A stretch of 64,000 nucleotides of DNA from a bacterium (GTDB taxonomy: Bacteria; Bacillota_I; Bacilli_A; RFN20; CAG-826), in assembly GCA_963616935.1 (NCBI GenBank), contig CAVEMS010000001.1, positions 33,273 through 97,272 on the forward strand. Reading direction: 5' to 3'. Of the stretch, positions 27,656-36,127 are shown one piece after another. The notes under the pieces are model-generated. The model had not been told where the DNA came from. It did not search any database and worked only from the letters and a program-made list of their open reading frames with translations. The translations under genes and the position numbers were made by a program. The first letter of the stretch is position 1. The number at the start of each line of letters is the position of its first letter.

Positions 27656-30616
27656 ATGAAGAGAAGACTGCTGGCGCCATTATTCGGAGGAATCGTTTCC
27701 TTCGCGTTGATATTCACGATCGCTTCGGCGAACGGCGTTTTGACCTTCGCTAACGAAGCGAATGCTAAATGGGTGCATTATGCGAAAAAAGAAGCGACGG
27801 CTTCTTCTAATGGCGTTAGGGAATATTGGGTCAAGTGCGGCGCCAATCATTATCAATTCGAAGCACCTTCTTCTGGAACGGTGGAGGACGCTTTGACGTA
27901 TGACCTCTCCGAATTCGTGGAAAACGATCCTCGTTACATCATCTATGTGCCATCTAGCGTCAGCGCCTTCTATAGACAAAGCGATTCTCTATACGATTTC
28001 TCGGAATTCTCTTCGTCGGAATATCTTTTGGGAGACGGATATCGCGTATCAAACGTTTCGGGCGTTCTTGGGAATTCGTCGCGATATGAATTCGTCAAAG
28101 ACGATAAATCACCCGTTTATTCGGCGATGTGCATGACCGTCACCGACACCATAGGGACGAATGATGAATTGACCGCTTTATCGAAGACAATCGAAAAAGG
28201 AGATACGGACGGTTACTACGTTTTGACTTCGGATTTGTCTTCGCCAAGCGGTTGGACCGATAGCGACGATCATCTTTTCAAAGGGGTTTTCGATGGTAGG
28301 GGACATACGATCGATAAACCGATTACATGGGGCAAAAGGCTCTTTGGGAAAACGTATGGCGCGACCATTAAAAATGTCGATTTCACGAATATTGAGGTTT
28401 TTTGCGTTTTAGGTACCGAACTTACCGATACGACGATTGAGAATTGCTCTTTTAGCGTGGGCCCGGCGATGAACACAGCCTCCGGAGGAGCGCTTCTATG
28501 CGACGATTTGGGAAGCGGATCTCTTCTTAAGGATGTCTATATTGATATGGGCGAGACGAGCATGAAGTGCTCTTGGCTCGCACAAGGAGTCGTTTCCGCA
28601 ATCGCTTCCTATAACGTCTCTTCGGTTGATGATCCAGTGACTTACGATAATGTCACCTTCAGAGGACTAAACTCCACCAAGATGTATTTGTTTGACGCCG
28701 CTTATAGGGGGTTACGTCCGTCGGAAATAAATTACATAAGCACCTATTGGTTCATAAAAGACGGCGCCACCAATTACGATATCAAGTATGTTTCCGGCGA
28801 CGAAAACATCCAAATCGCCGCCACGATGATAAAGGATGAGATCTATAACGCGACGGGGAAGAGTTTGCCGCTTACGGCCATCGCCGCCTCCGACGTCTAT
28901 GAAAACCAAACATCGAGCATCATCGTTGGATCTAGCGTCTCGGCAACGGCGGAGAAGATAAGCCTTCCGACGGAGACGAGTTCTTACACCCTTAAAGGAA
29001 TCGGCAAAGCCATCTATTTGAATTCGGCCGATTCGAAAGGCTATCAGCTCGGCGCCCTCAAGCTATTGGACATATTGGTTGGATACGATTATTTGGGCGG
29101 CGAGATCTCGACTTATGATGTCTCTGACGTCAATAACATCGATTTGCCGTATATCGATATCTCCTATACGCCGTCATTCGGCTATCGTAAATGCGATTGG
29201 AGCGACATCGGATTCAGCTCCTCTTTCTATACCGATTGTTATCGTTTGGGATATAACACCGAATTCGATCGTTATTCGTATTATCTTCGCGCTCCAGCCG
29301 TTGGAACTTTCGCAAGTGAGGAATGCTTCCATACTTCACTGCAAATTATTTACCCAGGCACTTACTATTCTTCGCATCCGAACTGGTTTGCCGTCGATTC
29401 GAGCGGAAATAACTATGGAAGCGACTATCGGCTATGGCAACTTTGCTTTACCGCCCATGGCGATAATGCGGAATACCAATCGTTATTGGAGCAAACCGCT
29501 TCGACGGTTATCTCTTTGTTTAAGAATTGCGGCAACGCCAATATTCGTTCTCTCTTGTTTGGAACGGGCGATAGCATGAATGTCTGCCATTGTTCGACTT
29601 GCGAGGCGAAAACGAGCGAATATGGATCGATATCCGGAACGGTTGCGAATTTCTGCAATGATTTAAGGGATAAGATCTACGAGAACATAGCGGAAACGGG
29701 AAGGGATTCGGTTGACATCGGCTTCTTCTCGTATTGTGGCTATAACAGCGTGCCGTTTAAGAATGGTAGTCCGACCATAACGTTAAAAGACAACGTTTAT
29801 GTGCTTGTGGCTCCGATTGAGGCCAATTTCACCTATTCCCTTAACGAATCTTGTAACAGCTCCTTGAAAGAGATATTCGTGAACTGGGCGAAGGTCGGCG
29901 ACACGCACGCTTGGCTATATGACACCAATTTCAATAACTATCTATTCCCACACAATTCCTTCAAATCAAATGCCGAAAACATCAAGATTCTTAAAGATAT
30001 CGGCGTGAAGTTTATCTATTTGCAAGGGCAGCATAATTCGACGCAGCCAAGGACCGGCTTTCACGCGTTGAAGAAGTACGTGCACGGCAAATTCATGGTC
30101 GATGCGGATAATTCCGATTACGACGAGTTATTAAATAACTTCTTCGCTTCTTATTATGGTGAAGGAGGGAATGAGATGAGGACCTTCTATAACGAGATGG
30201 TCGCCCATTTAGAGAGTCTTGAAACGGATTCGAGCAAGACGAAGATACTTTACGCGAGCGATAGCAGATCGATATATGCCGCGATAAACGACCGGGATCT
30301 ATGGGATTACGACACTTTGAAGAGTTGGGCTTCTCTTTGCGACACCGCCTATTCGAAGGCCACGACTGAGAAAGCCAAGAAACATATTTTGGCTGAATCG
30401 ATATTCCCTCGTTTTGCCTTATGTTCCTTGTTTACCAAATATACGGATTGGAATGGCGGCAAAGTCTTAGATTTTAGCGGAACTGGGAAGGCGGCGTTAA
30501 AAGCGTACCGCGAGGCCTTCAAAACGGATGCCGATGCGCTTGGCATGACGATTACGACCGAAAGTAAAGCGAATACCTCTCTAAGCGATTATTATTCCGA
30601 TTGGGGCATTGCCTAA
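27656..30616 (+). CDS. Large secreted protein (986 aa). Its C-terminal half is paralogous to the 34137..36116 lipoprotein. Possibly glycan-active.
   Basis: Signal peptide followed by beta-helix-like repeats (NVDFTNIEVF..., TIENCSFS...). The C-terminal region carries CFTAHGD...NVCHCSTCEAK, shared with the 34137..36116 protein (CYTAHGD...NACTCSACRDN). Confidence 0.65.
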   Translation: MKRRLLAPLFGGIVSFALIFTIASANGVLTFANEANAKWVHYAKKEATASSNGVREYWVKCGANHYQFEAPSSGTVEDALTYDLSEFVENDPRYIIYVPSSVSAFYRQSDSLYDFSEFSSSEYLLGDGYRVSNVSGVLGNSSRYEFVKDDKSPVYSAMCMTVTDTIGTNDELTALSKTIEKGDTDGYYVLTSDLSSPSGWTDSDDHLFKGVFDGRGHTIDKPITWGKRLFGKTYGATIKNVDFTNIEVFCVLGTELTDTTIENCSFSVGPAMNTASGGALLCDDLGSGSLLKDVYIDMGETSMKCSWLAQGVVSAIASYNVSSVDDPVTYDNVTFRGLNSTKMYLFDAAYRGLRPSEINYISTYWFIKDGATNYDIKYVSGDENIQIAATMIKDEIYNATGKSLPLTAIAASDVYENQTSSIIVGSSVSATAEKISLPTETSSYTLKGIGKAIYLNSADSKGYQLGALKLLDILVGYDYLGGEISTYDVSDVNNIDLPYIDISYTPSFGYRKCDWSDIGFSSSFYTDCYRLGYNTEFDRYSYYLRAPAVGTFASEECFHTSLQIIYPGTYYSSHPNWFAVDSSGNNYGSDYRLWQLCFTAHGDNAEYQSLLEQTASTVISLFKNCGNANIRSLLFGTGDSMNVCHCSTCEAKTSEYGSISGTVANFCNDLRDKIYENIAETGRDSVDIGFFSYCGYNSVPFKNGSPTITLKDNVYVLVAPIEANFTYSLNESCNSSLKEIFVNWAKVGDTHAWLYDTNFNNYLFPHNSFKSNAENIKILKDIGVKFIYLQGQHNSTQPRTGFHALKKYVHGKFMVDADNSDYDELLNNFFASYYGEGGNEMRTFYNEMVAHLESLETDSSKTKILYASDSRSIYAAINDRDLWDYDTLKSWASLCDTAYSKATTEKAKKHILAESIFPRFALCSLFTKYTDWNGGKVLDFSGTGKAALKAYREAFKTDADALGMTITTESKANTSLSDYYSDWGIA

Positions 30617-30684
30617 TCTCTTCGATTCTTATTTTGAAGCGGTTTTTGCGGAGATTTTTGGATATTTGAGCAATGAATGGCTCA

Positions 30685-31596
30685 TTATTCCTTTAGCTTA
30701 TGTATTTCGCGATACTTGCCTGGCGCTAAGCCGTAGGTCTTTTTGAAAGTGTTCGAGAAATGAGACATCGAGGAATGGCCGATCAAATCGCATAGCTCAG
30801 TTATCGAGATGTCGCTATTGACCAAAATGTCGCGAGCGCTAGAAAGTTTGACCTTCTGTATATATTCGCCGATTGGTTCATTCATGTACTCTTTGAATAA
30901 GCGGGATAAGTGGGTCTTCGAATAATTCGTCCTTTTGACGACGTCGCTTACATTCCAATGGAGGTTGTTTGGGTTGTTTATTTCGGCTAATAGATCATTG
31001 AGCCATCCTGGTCTATTGTTCTCCGATAACGATTCCTTTTGATTGAACATCGGCTCTAAGAGATTGAAGACTAAGAAAGATATGAGGGAAGCGATTTTGT
31101 CATTTGCCTCATCCTTTTCCTTTATTTGGCTCAGCATGAAAACGATTTTCTTTAGACGCGCTTCGCTCAAGACGAAGGAATTGTATTTCTTCGGATCGAA
31201 TAACTCAAAAAACGAAGGAATCATCGTAAGGGCTATCTTTTCGAATCTCTCTTTCTTCAAACAGACGCAATAATGGCTCGAATTTTCTGATGTTTCGATG
31301 ATCATATGGGCGTTTTGCGGAAACAAGAATGTGCAATTGAGTTTCTTTTCTTGATGCTCCACGCCGTCGATTATATGAGTGTAGGTACCTTGGAAGAAGA
31401 TGATGAACTCATAGAAGTCGTGATCGTGATATGTCGGGTAGCCGTGGAAGACGTGGTGGAACTTGAGGAAATCGTCATAATTCAAATCCCTTTGGGTGTC
31501 GTAGATCAATTTAACGGGTTTCTCGAGATACATATTTGTTATAAAGGATAATGAAGAGGCCGCCTTTGTCAATATATGAATGGTGAAAAAAAGCAA
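30685..31596 (-). CDS. AraC-family transcriptional regulator (cupin-like N-terminal domain plus AraC HTH)
   Basis: The C-terminal region ...THLSRLFKEYMNEPIGEYIQKVKLSSARDILVNSDISITELCDLIGHSSMSHFSNTFKKTYGLAPGKYR is a canonical AraC HTH. The start is uncertain, at either 31596 or 31535. Confidence 0.8.
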   Translation of the reverse strand: MLFFTIHILTKAASSLSFITNMYLEKPVKLIYDTQRDLNYDDFLKFHHVFHGYPTYHDHDFYEFIIFFQGTYTHIIDGVEHQEKKLNCTFLFPQNAHMIIETSENSSHYCVCLKKERFEKIALTMIPSFFELFDPKKYNSFVLSEARLKKIVFMLSQIKEKDEANDKIASLISFLVFNLLEPMFNQKESLSENNRPGWLNDLLAEINNPNNLHWNVSDVVKRTNYSKTHLSRLFKEYMNEPIGEYIQKVKLSSARDILVNSDISITELCDLIGHSSMSHFSNTFKKTYGLAPGKYREIHKLKE

Positions 31597-31741
31597 ATTG
31601 AATATAAGGATTTCGATATCTCATTTTGCGTCAACGATAATGGTAATCATTCGATATATAGCCAATTATTATGTATTTTATTGCGTTTTAACCGTTCCAT
31701 AGGCGTTAACGAAAACGGAAAGAATAGACAAATGATGAAAG

Positions 31742-31768
31742 AAAAAAACGCCCGACGACAATCGGGCG
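31742..31768 (-). terminator. Rho-independent terminator ending the 42610..31788 operon
   Basis: On the minus strand: CGCCCGAUUGUCGUCGGGCG followed by UUUUUUU, immediately after the stop at 31788. Confidence 0.6.
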
Positions 31769-31787
31769 TGGCGAGAAGGAGTCGTTA

Positions 31788-34115
31788 TTAGGCTTTGATG
31801 CCGGTGATGGGGGATATCACAAAGAATTCCCAGCACGTTCCGCCGAGGCTAAGCGTTAAAGCGGCGGTGCCGTTATTGACGTTTTCGTCCAGTGTGAATT
31901 CTTTTTTGATATACGTTCCGACGAAGGAGATTTTTCCATTAGAGATGGTGACTTTCGTGTCTTCGGCAAGCTCCCACCCCCTGGTTGTGGTTTCTGGAGC
32001 AAGACCGATGAAGTTATCGGCCGATGGCGATGCCGAATAGGAGTCCGGCGCCGCTCCGAGGAAATATTGCATCTTTCCTCCGCCGCCGTTTCCGCCAAGT
32101 CCGAATGTGAAGCTTACTTTGCTATATTCAGAGTAATTGATCTTCGGGAAGGTGAGTGTCGCGTAAGCGCTTGAAAGGTTGTTAACTTGTCCGACGAAAT
32201 AATCGTCGCCAAGGGAGAATGGGAGGTTTTCGCCGAGGCTTCCTGCTGTTTTGGCTGCCGTTTTCTTGTCAGAGCTACAATCGAAACCGCTACTTGAGGA
32301 GACGATGCCGGAATTATCGGTGAAAGTGATGAAAGGAGTGTAGGCTTCGACCCACGCTTTCATCTTGGCTGACAATGGATTGGCCGTCTTTTCGTAAGAG
32401 GTCATAAGGTCCATAAGCGATTTGTATTCGCTTATTTGACCGGCGTATCCATCAACTGCGGCGTCTGGAAGCGCGTCTTCGATGGCTGACATGACCCCTA
32501 GATAATCGCAGTCGAACGTGCGGAACGGAGAGACGTATAGCCATCTCCAATTCGCGCCGGTCAAGGTTATCTCAAGGCCTTTTCTGCCATGGTATGTGTC
32601 ATTATCAAGCGTAATCGAGGTGTTCGCTCCGGTATAGGCATTGCTCACCGTTACGTTTTGTCCATCGATGGTCACGGTGTAGTTATAGAAGCTCTTGGTC
32701 GCTAAGTCCCCGATCGCCGTGTTGTTGAGCTTGACGCTGGAAACGCTGCCGCTGAAACCGAAGGTGAAACCGATGGGTGAGGTGGCGGCGGAGAAATCGT
32801 AAGCGGGGAGCCCTAATCCGGCGACCACGCTCATGCTGTTAGGATATAGGAAGCCTTGTGAGCCGTCGCCTCCGGGATAATATTCGCTTGTGATGTCGCT
32901 ATCCCTGTCCGTTTCTCCTCTCACTGCGTATTTCCAAGTTGCCTCGGATGGCTGAGTGTAGTCGGTGTCATTATTGGTTAATTTCAAAACGGCATCGTTA
33001 TTCTCGTTAAAATGGGTCGCGCTCCAGCGAGCGACGAGAGTCATATCGTCGTTGACTTTATCGACTTTTTCGCCTTCTTCGTTATACCAACCGATGAACT
33101 TATGCCCAGCGATGTCTTCTGGCGCGCTTGGGAGTTTGTTTGAAGCGACTTTGACGCTCGTATTCGCTCCATCGGCTGTGACGTTCTTTAACGTGACGTC
33201 ATAGGCGCCTTTTGCGACATGGACGTTGATTTCGAGACTCATGGCGAATTCTTCGCAAACGACCTTCAAAATCGCTTCGCCTTTCGCTTTGGCGACGATT
33301 TTGCCATCTTCCCAAACGGCTACGGATTCGTCGCTTGAAACGTATTTCAAAGCGTACGTTGCTTTGTTTTCTCCTTCGGTGAAGACGATTTCTGGGGTGA
33401 ATTCCGTTTCGTATCCGTCTTCTCCTTCCATTTTGTAAGTGGCGAGGTTAAGCTCATAACCATTCTCTCCGTCTTCGAGATTTCCTAAGGCTAGATGCAA
33501 ATCGCTATTGACGACATTCACTTTTAGCGTTTGCGATAAGGTCACGCCTTTTGCCTTGGTGTGGATAACATATGATGATTGGCCGTATTTTAAGCCAACT
33601 ACTTTGATTTTCGAATTTTCGTATGTCAAAGAGGCGATGTCGTCACTTTCCATTTCGAGCGTGGCGTCGATTATCTCGCCTTTATAAAGGACATAGGCAT
33701 CGATGGAATATGTTTCGTCTTTTCCGATGCTCACCTCAAGGTCGCTCATAACGATGCGTGGAGCTTGGGAAATGGATTTTACGGTGACATCGCAAGTCGC
33801 TCTGACGCCTCCTATTGAAGCGACTATGACGCAGTTTCCCGTTTTAAGGGCTTCGACTTTGCCGTTCGAGACGCTTGCGACTGAGTTATCGCTGCTTCCC
33901 CAAGTGACGGGGCCAGAAAGGTTTTGAAGCTCATATGTCAGAGTTATGCTTTCATATTGCTCAAGCGAGACGCTCGTTTGGCTTAGTATGATCTTTGGCT
34001 CAACCAGTGAGGAGCCGCTGTCATTTGAAGGGTTCTCGCTTTTTCCCTCGCCGCAAGCGGCAAGAAGACAGGCGGAACTAAGGAGAAGTAAGATGGAAGA
34101 TATTTGCTTTTTCAT
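31788..34115 (-). CDS. Surface lipoprotein with Big_2 (bacterial Ig-like) domains, a Listeria-Bacteroides repeat, and a C-terminal domain paralogous to the 22380..24671 protein
   Basis: Lipobox LLLSSACLLAACGEG. Big_2-like sequence (VTWGSSDNSVASVSNGKVEALKTGNCVIVA). Repeat motif GHKFIGWYNEEGEKV...LVARW. C-terminal homology to the 22380..24671 product. Confidence 0.7.
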   Translation of the reverse strand: MKKQISSILLLLSSACLLAACGEGKSENPSNDSGSSLVEPKIILSQTSVSLEQYESITLTYELQNLSGPVTWGSSDNSVASVSNGKVEALKTGNCVIVASIGGVRATCDVTVKSISQAPRIVMSDLEVSIGKDETYSIDAYVLYKGEIIDATLEMESDDIASLTYENSKIKVVGLKYGQSSYVIHTKAKGVTLSQTLKVNVVNSDLHLALGNLEDGENGYELNLATYKMEGEDGYETEFTPEIVFTEGENKATYALKYVSSDESVAVWEDGKIVAKAKGEAILKVVCEEFAMSLEINVHVAKGAYDVTLKNVTADGANTSVKVASNKLPSAPEDIAGHKFIGWYNEEGEKVDKVNDDMTLVARWSATHFNENNDAVLKLTNNDTDYTQPSEATWKYAVRGETDRDSDITSEYYPGGDGSQGFLYPNSMSVVAGLGLPAYDFSAATSPIGFTFGFSGSVSSVKLNNTAIGDLATKSFYNYTVTIDGQNVTVSNAYTGANTSITLDNDTYHGRKGLEITLTGANWRWLYVSPFRTFDCDYLGVMSAIEDALPDAAVDGYAGQISEYKSLMDLMTSYEKTANPLSAKMKAWVEAYTPFITFTDNSGIVSSSSGFDCSSDKKTAAKTAGSLGENLPFSLGDDYFVGQVNNLSSAYATLTFPKINYSEYSKVSFTFGLGGNGGGGKMQYFLGAAPDSYSASPSADNFIGLAPETTTRGWELAEDTKVTISNGKISFVGTYIKKEFTLDENVNNGTAALTLSLGGTCWEFFVISPITGIKA

Positions 34116-34136
34116 GGCTTTTATCCTTTCTTTTAT

Positions 34137-36116
34137 TTATAAGCCCCAGGAATTGAAGACACTATCCATGGTGGCATTTTCGTTTAAATAAGTGACATTG
34201 GCTTTGTTGCAGTCTTCCTTGAAGGATTTGCGGAGGTTTTTGATGGTTTCGGAGCTGTATTTGCCGCTGTAGTGGTTTATCAAGGCGTATCTTGGGAAGA
34301 TCGATTCGAGAGTGAGGTTCTCATAAAGCGCTTCGTACAATGTGCGGTTAGTGTCCTTGCATTTGAGAATCGCTTCCTTGCCTTCCTCGATATAATCGAC
34401 CCATCTATCGAGCAATTTCTTCGGCCAGAAACGGGATTGGGCGATGTTGTTATAGATCGTTCCGTTGATGTCGCTGCTATAAGTGGTCTCGATATATTCG
34501 CACTGCTCTTGTAATTCGTGGAAATATTTGAGCATCACGTTCTTCGCGTCGCCGAAATAGTTGGTGAAGAAATCATCTACTATATCGTTATAGTCAGTGT
34601 TAACGTCGAACAAAGAGACGGAATTGAGGTATTCCTTAAAACGGCCGAAGCAAGTGACGGCTCCGTTATTGTGCTGCCCTTCGTTATACATATACATGCC
34701 ATTATTTTCGTAGGCGAAGCGATAGCTCTCGATCATCGTGTCATAAGTGTTCAAAGGATAGAGATAATGGCTGAAATTCGTTTCATAGAACCATAGGTAG
34801 ACTTTGTTTGACAAAGCGCCCCAGCCTTTGATGTAATTGGCGTAGTTTGAGTTATCTTCGTCATAGAAGCTCTTGGTGTAGCAAGCGCTGATTGGAGCGA
34901 TATAGGGTCCGACGTGTTCATTGCAGACGACGTCAGGGCTGGTCGGGATGTATTTCCCATCCGCGCCAAGCTTGACGCATGGCTTTTCTGTTCGGTGATA
35001 AGCGAAGAAAAGAATGTTCAATTCGCGTTTCGCTTCGCCGGTTTTTTCGGCTTCCGCTTCCAAATAGGCTTGGATCTTGTCATCTAATTTATTGCAGAAG
35101 ACGACGACGGAGCCGCTCTCTGCGCCGTATTTGGCGACGTTATCGCGGCAAGCAGAACATGTGCAAGCGTTCGCGTTGTCTTGGATGGTGAAGGTTAGGG
35201 CGCCGACGGTCTTATTGCTTTTGAGTTTTTCGACCATCTTGCCGTAAACCTCATTGACCATGGCGTCGAGTTCGGTTGAATCACCATGGGCCGTATAGCA
35301 AATCTGATCACCGCCATCGCTATACCATTTTGGGTGGTAGGTGTAGTATTCCGACGGGGAACCGTCGCTATTTTCTTTCGGCAAATAGTCAAATGAATTA
35401 TGGAAGGATTGGATGTTGCTATCCGAATAGAAAGTTTCCGAGGTCGTTAAGAAACCCATCTCATAAGATGCGGTGTTCGAGATTTTGTTGCTTTGGGTGT
35501 GAAAAGTGACATCCGGTCTTTCTACGATGTTGATGTCCGGAAGGGTTTTGCCGTCTTTCGTATATTTCACGATGTTATAGCTATAACGAGTGAAGCCGAT
35601 GACGTGTTTAAGGAAAGTGATGGCGGCTTGCTGATATCCGTATTCGCCTTCGACGCGGATATAAACCGCGTTTTCCTTGGTGACGATTTGGTAGCCGCTT
35701 GGGCCAAGTGCCTTATCGGAGACGGGGATATTTTTCGAGGCTTGATAAGCGGAATCGCCAAGCAAGATGAAATGGTCGTCCGTCAGGTTTTCCGGTAGTG
35801 AGTCGACCAAAAGGCAAACGCCGGTGGCTGATTCAATATGGGTGGCTATCGTGCTGGCCGCTTTCTTGGCGTTCGAATCGCCTTCTTCATAATAGATTTT
35901 GTAATCGGAATGTCCATTATCAACGAAAACCCTATCCGATTCCTTAACATCCACATCGTGAAGGGTTCCTTCTTGGAAGTGGAGTTCGTCGTCGCTAGTG
36001 ACGCTGATGACGTTGTCGATATTATCCGAGCTATCATCGGTGTGATCGCCCGAACAGCCGACTAAGGAAAGAGGCAGGAGAGAGAGGAGAAGCAATTTGT
36101 TTAATTTCTTATTCAT
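34137..36116 (-). CDS. Lipoprotein of unknown function. Paralogue of the C-terminal half of the 27656..30616 protein and carries the conserved CxCxxC motif.
   Basis: Lipobox LLPLSLVGCSGD. Shared blocks include WYSDGGDQICYTAHGD, NACTCSACRDN and FYETNFSHYLYP. Confidence 0.65.
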   Translation of the reverse strand: MNKKLNKLLLLSLLPLSLVGCSGDHTDDSSDNIDNVISVTSDDELHFQEGTLHDVDVKESDRVFVDNGHSDYKIYYEEGDSNAKKAASTIATHIESATGVCLLVDSLPENLTDDHFILLGDSAYQASKNIPVSDKALGPSGYQIVTKENAVYIRVEGEYGYQQAAITFLKHVIGFTRYSYNIVKYTKDGKTLPDINIVERPDVTFHTQSNKISNTASYEMGFLTTSETFYSDSNIQSFHNSFDYLPKENSDGSPSEYYTYHPKWYSDGGDQICYTAHGDSTELDAMVNEVYGKMVEKLKSNKTVGALTFTIQDNANACTCSACRDNVAKYGAESGSVVVFCNKLDDKIQAYLEAEAEKTGEAKRELNILFFAYHRTEKPCVKLGADGKYIPTSPDVVCNEHVGPYIAPISACYTKSFYDEDNSNYANYIKGWGALSNKVYLWFYETNFSHYLYPLNTYDTMIESYRFAYENNGMYMYNEGQHNNGAVTCFGRFKEYLNSVSLFDVNTDYNDIVDDFFTNYFGDAKNVMLKYFHELQEQCEYIETTYSSDINGTIYNNIAQSRFWPKKLLDRWVDYIEEGKEAILKCKDTNRTLYEALYENLTLESIFPRYALINHYSGKYSSETIKNLRKSFKEDCNKANVTYLNENATMDSVFNSWGL

Positions 36117-36127
36117 TTTATGTCTCC

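Noticed and set aside
31576-31791. 71-aa plus-strand ORF between the AraC gene and the Big_2 lipoprotein gene
   Set aside because: It overlaps a clear rho-independent terminator of the minus-strand operon, and has no RBS or conservation cues.
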